From the NCBI GenBank assembly GCA_964106645.2, contig OZ067040.1: a DNA stretch of 64,000 nucleotides; one strand, given 5' to 3'. The notes below the pieces were generated by a model. It had not been told where the DNA came from. It saw only the letters and a list, made by a program, of their open reading frames with translations, and ran no database searches. This stretch comes from Podarcis pityusensis. Taxonomy: Eukaryota. Numbering within the stretch: the stretch's first letter is position 1; each line of letters starts with the position of its first letter. Shown here piece after piece: positions 58,600 through 64,000 of the stretch. Made by a program: the position numbers and the translations under genes.

Positions 58600-61288
58600 G
58601 ATGCTACCCTTTGGACTTCACGTGGAGGAGGCACATGGAAAAGGGCCTCAGATGATGAATGCAGAGTCTGGGATGGTTTATATGGGAAGAGGTGTCCTTG
58701 AGGTACTGCGGTCCTCAGCAGTTTAAGGCTGCATCAATACTGTATTGTAAAAATCACAGAGAGTAGTCAATAATCTGTCCCTGATCAAAGCAGTCCCAAT
58801 CTCCTTTAAGTCAATCAATCAAATGTCAGGCCAAGAACATATATTCTTCATTGTTCTACAAACTTCCTCCAGACTACCTGAATTGTCTGTCGTTTGAGAG
58901 CCCCTGGCTGGGACCATGTTGCAACTTTAGAGTTGTAGTTTCTTTAGTCTCACATTCCCCTGGAGTATATTTCTGCATTCCTTTTAACTCTCCTTTCCCT
59001 TTCACTCCTTTAACTGATTACTGTAAAGCTGATTTTCTTTAGAAGAGAGGCTCAAAACTGGAATAAGAAGGGTGTTGGCCAAGACTGTGTTCAGTGAGGT
59101 CGTAACAACTACTGTGAGTTTTATCATTTAGTGCTTCAACGCTTTCTTATGAGCAATCCTGAATGCATTTTAGGAAATTAGGGGGGAGAACCAGAGAGAT
59201 TAATGTGACATTTCCATAGAAGAGAGCAAATTATTCATCCCCTCCATGTGTGGTACGTGGCACGCTTCAAGCAGGTAATGAACTTAGTGACCATAGCAGC
59301 TGTTCCGGGCAACTGCTTCTATCTACTTTTCTTTTTTAAGGTGTATTGCTATAAATTCTCCTAGCCACATTCAAATCAGGGGGGGAACCAGCAACCTGCT
59401 GTACATTTGCATTGGTGCCTAAGCCACCTCTCTTTTCCCCACCTGCACTTAAAAAATAATAATTTAAAAAGCAGCTTTGCGTCTATGTTTCATTTGACAA
59501 TCACACCGATGAAGAAAGCAGATAGTGTTTGATAAAGGAGCAGAGAGGATGGGAGACTACAGGCCCCGCAGGAAGTGCAGATTATTAAGATTGTTTCATT
59601 TTAAAAATGGAAGCTGTGAAGATCCAGGAAAGGGTTTGCAAATGATGTGGGTTTTGTGGAAGCATTTGAAAGAGGGGAGTGATGTGTGCAGAGCTCACCA
59701 GGGGGTTTAATAAACTTTCCTGCCTCCTGGTTTTCACCTGTTCTTTTTTAAAAACAACAACACAAAAACTGACAGACCACAAGAGATGGATATTGGGTTG
59801 TGTTTGCTTTGATTGCAAGCCCCTCCACAGTTACGAGTGTTTCTTATTTCCAGTTGGTTCATCTCCTCATAACAGACATGTTTGTGTGCGTCCGTTTCTG
59901 ATGGCAGCAGATCTAAGTAACTGCTAGGTTTTCAGAACATGGGAGGACAGCAATTGTTGCCTTTCCCCCGCCAGCAGCTGAAAGGGAAGGGTCATAGCTC
60001 AGCGAGAGAACATCTGCTTTTGCATACAGAAGGTCCCAGCTATCACTAGGTACTGTAGGGCATGTTCTGAACACCTGGAGTGCTGCTGTCCGCCAGTGTA
60101 GGGAACACTGAACTAGATGAGCCAGTGGTCTGATTTGGGGTGTGTTCCCATTACTTAGTGCGCAACAAAGTTGTATTTTGCGTTGTGCGTCTGTGTCTGT
60201 TTCACAACTCTTCCCCTGGCTGTTCACATCAGGACAGCTTCATTAGTGTCAGATTCGTTTCTGTTTGTGAATGCACCGGGGTCATTGACTAGAGGCAAAG
60301 TAGAAACAGCTTAAGGAATCCAATTGATGTGCGGCTAATTTGAGAAATAGTGCATCAAACTGTATTATTTTATAAGAGGGGACAGGAACTCAACACTAAT
60401 GTCTCATAACAAATGCAACTGATCTGTAGAAACGACTGTACAACTTGAAAAAAGAGGCAAGGTGTGTACTTTTGTAAACCATGAAAATCTATAAAAAGAA
60501 GAAAAAATAAAAATAAGAGACGACAGGATCCATATGTGTTTTGATGGCCATCATGTGTGAATGTGAATTAAAAACCCAGCACTGGAAATGCAGTGTGTGG
60601 ATTTTCATAAGACTATTGTAATATGGACAGATTTAGAGGGGCTGTGTTTCTTGCTTGCAGAGGACAGGCCTCCCTTTGAAGGTGTCCTCTGTCTTAAAGG
60701 GCTGCCACCTGGTCCTAGTCCAGTTTCAAGATAAGAAGGGAGAGCAGGAAGGACCTTGAAGTTGCACATCAACAGTTAGCGGCATCTGGGCCGCAGATTG
60801 TGCAGGCTCATCTACATGTATAAATTAGCACATGTACATTTTAATGCAAATCAGTGCCTTCATGCGTCTTCTCTTGCTTGGGCGGTAGATTCCTACTGTA
60901 TCGTCATTTCTCTGTCATGGCTAATAGTTTGGGGATAGGTCTGTCTGCCATGAATGTGTCTATCCCCTCTGAGCTACCACAAAGGGCCAACGCCTCTGAT
61001 ATGCAAACAGTAGATTTACATTGGTGAAGACCGCAGTAATTGAGGGCTGTGTACACACTAATCTTGTTCATAGCACACAAAAAATGTAGTTTTTCTCAGT
61101 CGGGAATTATTCATGCTCATCCTCAACATGGTGGCTTCTATCAAGATTGATTCTAAATCCTGCCATCTCCACAACTTTTCCTGTTTACATATACCGTATC
61201 CCAGGGGAACGAAGAAGGAAATGGTCATTGTGACTGCCCACCCACTCATTTATTGCCATTATCGCCTACATCTGTTTTTAAATAGGTA

Positions 61289-61503
61289 CAGTGGTACCTC
61301 GGGTTAAGAACTTAATTCATTCCGGAGGTCCGTTCTTAACCTAAAACTGTTCTTAACCTGAGGTACCACTTTAGATAATGGGGCCTCCCACTGCCGCTGC
61401 GTGATTTGTGTTCTCATCCTGAAGCAAAGTTCTTAACCCAAGGTACTATTTATGGGTTAGTGGAGTCTGTAACCTGAAGCGTATGTAACCCGAGGTACCA
61501 CTG
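61289..61503. mobile_element. Tc1/pogo (Tigger-like) MITE
   Basis: TIR CAGTGGTACCTCGGGTTA; TA TSD. Confidence 0.85.
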
Positions 61504-62165
61504 TACATAGCAATCGTTCCAAAATGGGCTTTATTTTCAGAACAGGTTTCCAAGAAGCACTTTTTGTGGGGCCAAAGATATGCACTAGGTTATGTGTGGA
61601 CTTTGTAGGGAAAGCAAGAACTCATTCTCCATTGGTTGCCGCATAAAATGTCACATGTGTGCAGCCATAATCTCAGGTCTGGAGCCAGATGTCGTGAAGC
61701 TTACTCTGTTGCCTCAAGGTGCAGTCATTTACATATCAAACTTGCCTTACCCCATAAATTACTATCAGTGGCTACTTACCAGTATGCTTCTGACTACAAG
61801 TTGTTGGAAACCATAGGAGGGAAAAGTGCTGTTGTGTTCAGATCCTGCTTACATGCTTCTCATCGGCATGTAATTGGCCACTGGGAATAGGATGCTGGAC
61901 TAGATTGGCCGTTCACCTGATCCACCAGACTTTTTTAATGTTCTTAAACTAACAAAGCCCAGACCATAATGTACAAGGAATATCACACAGAGACGCGATC
62001 TTCAGAGTAGCTCTTGATAGCTGATACCAAGTCTGCTTTTATCTGATTTCTTCCCCTTGCCTTGTTTTTATTTACTTTGCAATGAGGAAACAGCGAAGTG
62101 GGGGAAATGTGCCTGGCAGTGGCTGGCTGGGTTGCATGCTTAACTCATGTGATAATCCGTTTCAG

Positions 62166-62351
62166 GAATACGAGTGCCTTGAGCAAGAGAATATCTCCCT
62201 GAAAAAAGAAATTGGAAAGCTGACCGACGAAATGAAACACTTGAGCGAAGTCTTGAGGAACCACGAAAAAGTCTGCCCTCTGTTACACTGCTCTTTAAAC
62301 TTTGGCTTGATTCCTAGACACGATGTCCTCAGTGGCCCCTTGCCAAGATGA
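62166..62351 (+). CDS. BATF3: BATF3 exon 3, leucine zipper and C-terminus
   Basis: EYECLEQENISLKKEIGKLTDEMKHLSEVLRNHEKVCPLL...LPR*; total 118 aa. Confidence 0.96.
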   Translation, partial: EYECLEQENISLKKEIGKLTDEMKHLSEVLRNHEKVCPLLHCSLNFGLIPRHDVLSGPLPR

Positions 62352-62565
62352 GGAGGCCCCCTTCAGAGGATCTGCAAGTTCTACTGATATGAGAGAGTTT
62401 TTGAGAGCCTCTTTCTTTTCCACCATGCTTCATGGACATGACAAGCACTCTCGCAACTTGCGACTGGTTTCCCACCGCGAAAGTCTAGTAAATAATCAGG
62501 ATACTGTCTTGAGGATGGAAAACATGGATGGGCTGCAACCTTGTGGGAAAATCTTTGGACAAAGT

Positions 62566-62606
<41 letters not shown>
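62566..62606. repeat. (CT)n(GT)n microsatellite in the BATF3 3' UTR
   Basis: Direct reading. Confidence 0.9.
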
Positions 62607-64000
62607 TTCCACTGAGTGCTGTTTGTCCAGCAAGGAATCTGAAATGTGGCCTTGAATGCAAATAATGTCATCACATTTATTTTTAAAGACACAACTTTCT
62701 TGTCCTCATTGTTGCTAAGAAATGTGCTGGCGATGATGAGGAAAGGGGAAGAGCCTGTTCTGGAGCTTGAAACCAAAAGGGATAGTGGGCACATCCTGGA
62801 GCCAAGGATTGCCACTTCTGCATCTCTTGCCTACCTACCAGATTCTTTGTTCCCTGTGTGCCTTGGGCTTCTCCTCTTCCACTCTCTGTCAAGTTCTGTG
62901 AAAATCCAAACATTGCATGTATACTTTTCGGGCTTGTTGTAGTCGTACATAAATTCAGTGATACAAATGCAGCCATCTCCCCTGGTGATTGGGTAGCCCA
63001 CATCCTAGGCCTATTTTTTTCTCTTCTTCTTTTTGGTGGCGGCGGGGGGGGGGTGTTCCCAGCTTTCAGGAGAGGCCTGAGGGAAGCATGCAGAGGATGG
63101 CAGAGGGAAGAAGAGAGGAAGATTCCCCTCTCTTGAGCAGTACCGTGGGGTTTCTTAACTGCGAGCACACCATGAATTTAAAGCACATGAGCTCCTCCAA
63201 AGATTCCTAAGAACGCTAGTTTATTGTAGCTCCGTGAGGGGCTAACTATGACTCCTAGGATGCTCTGGGGAAAGCCACATGCTTTAAATGTATGGCATGT
63301 ATGTTCTTTCATTCCTTTAGAAAGTACCAAATAATGAGCCTATGGTTTGGCTACGTTGTTGAACTGTGCCTCCAGCATTGATACCCTTTTATTTCCTCCT
63401 TCTTTTGAGCCGCTGTTCTGAACCCCATTCTACAGAGAACATATTGATGCCCCCCTTTTATTTGCACTGTTCTTCATCTTCATGAGTCCCTTCCATGCCA
63501 CCCCATAAGGAAAAAAAGCATTTATCTGGCTGGTGAGTTCCTGCTTTATTATGGATCAGAGCCAAAGTCTAAAGCTAATCACATTTTCGGCGTGTTTGCT
63601 GAATGACTCTGAGACCTGCATGAAAATATCTGTTTCCCCTTCCTTTATGGAGGGTGAATGTGCATCACCACTCATGCCCATAACTGGCATGTCTTTGAAA
63701 ACCACAAATCCTCACTGAGTTTCATTTCAGGAACACAGCCTCACCCTTTTCTGCCCATGTTCATAGGACTGGGAACATGGGAAGCTGTCCTGTACTGAGA
63801 TGGACCACTGAGCCATCTAGCTCACCATCATATGCACTGACCCGCATGGGCGCTCCAGGGTTTCAGACACAGCCAGCCCTACCTGGAGATGCTTCAGATT
63901 CAACCTGGGACCTTATGCAATCAAAGCAGATGTCCTACCATGGAGCCATACCCCTTCCTCTGGGATTTCTCTGCTGTTTTCAGAGCAGGAAAAGCTGACA

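Overview
Vertebrate genomic DNA, almost certainly from a lacertid lizard (Podarcis/Lacerta-like, judged from Sauria SINEs and tRNA-Lys/CR1-tail SINEs). It holds the gene block SPATA45 (+, 2 coding exons, 86 aa), TATDN3 (-, 10 exons, 267 aa), NSL1 (+, 6 exons, 263 aa) and BATF3 (+, 3 exons, 118 aa), in the same order and relative orientation as I recall for human 1q32.3. All exons were reconstructed by hand with GT-AG boundaries and consistent phases. TATDN3 and NSL1 share a ~208-bp CpG-rich bidirectional promoter, and BATF3 has its own CpG island. Introns and intergenic DNA are dense with SINEs, CR1/L2/RTE/BovB LINE ends, solo LTRs, hAT and Tc1/pogo-type MITEs, often nested. The main observations are: (1) short palindromic Penelope-like insertions carrying minimal hammerhead ribozyme motifs, whose complete cores lie antisense to the host genes; (2) a His-to-Leu change at the first metal ligand of TATDN3; (3) long near-perfect intronic hairpins; (4) candidate immune enhancers around BATF3; (5) a speculative spliced micro-ORF between SPATA45 and TATDN3. 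Repeat family names and orthologue comparisons come from memory, not from database searches.
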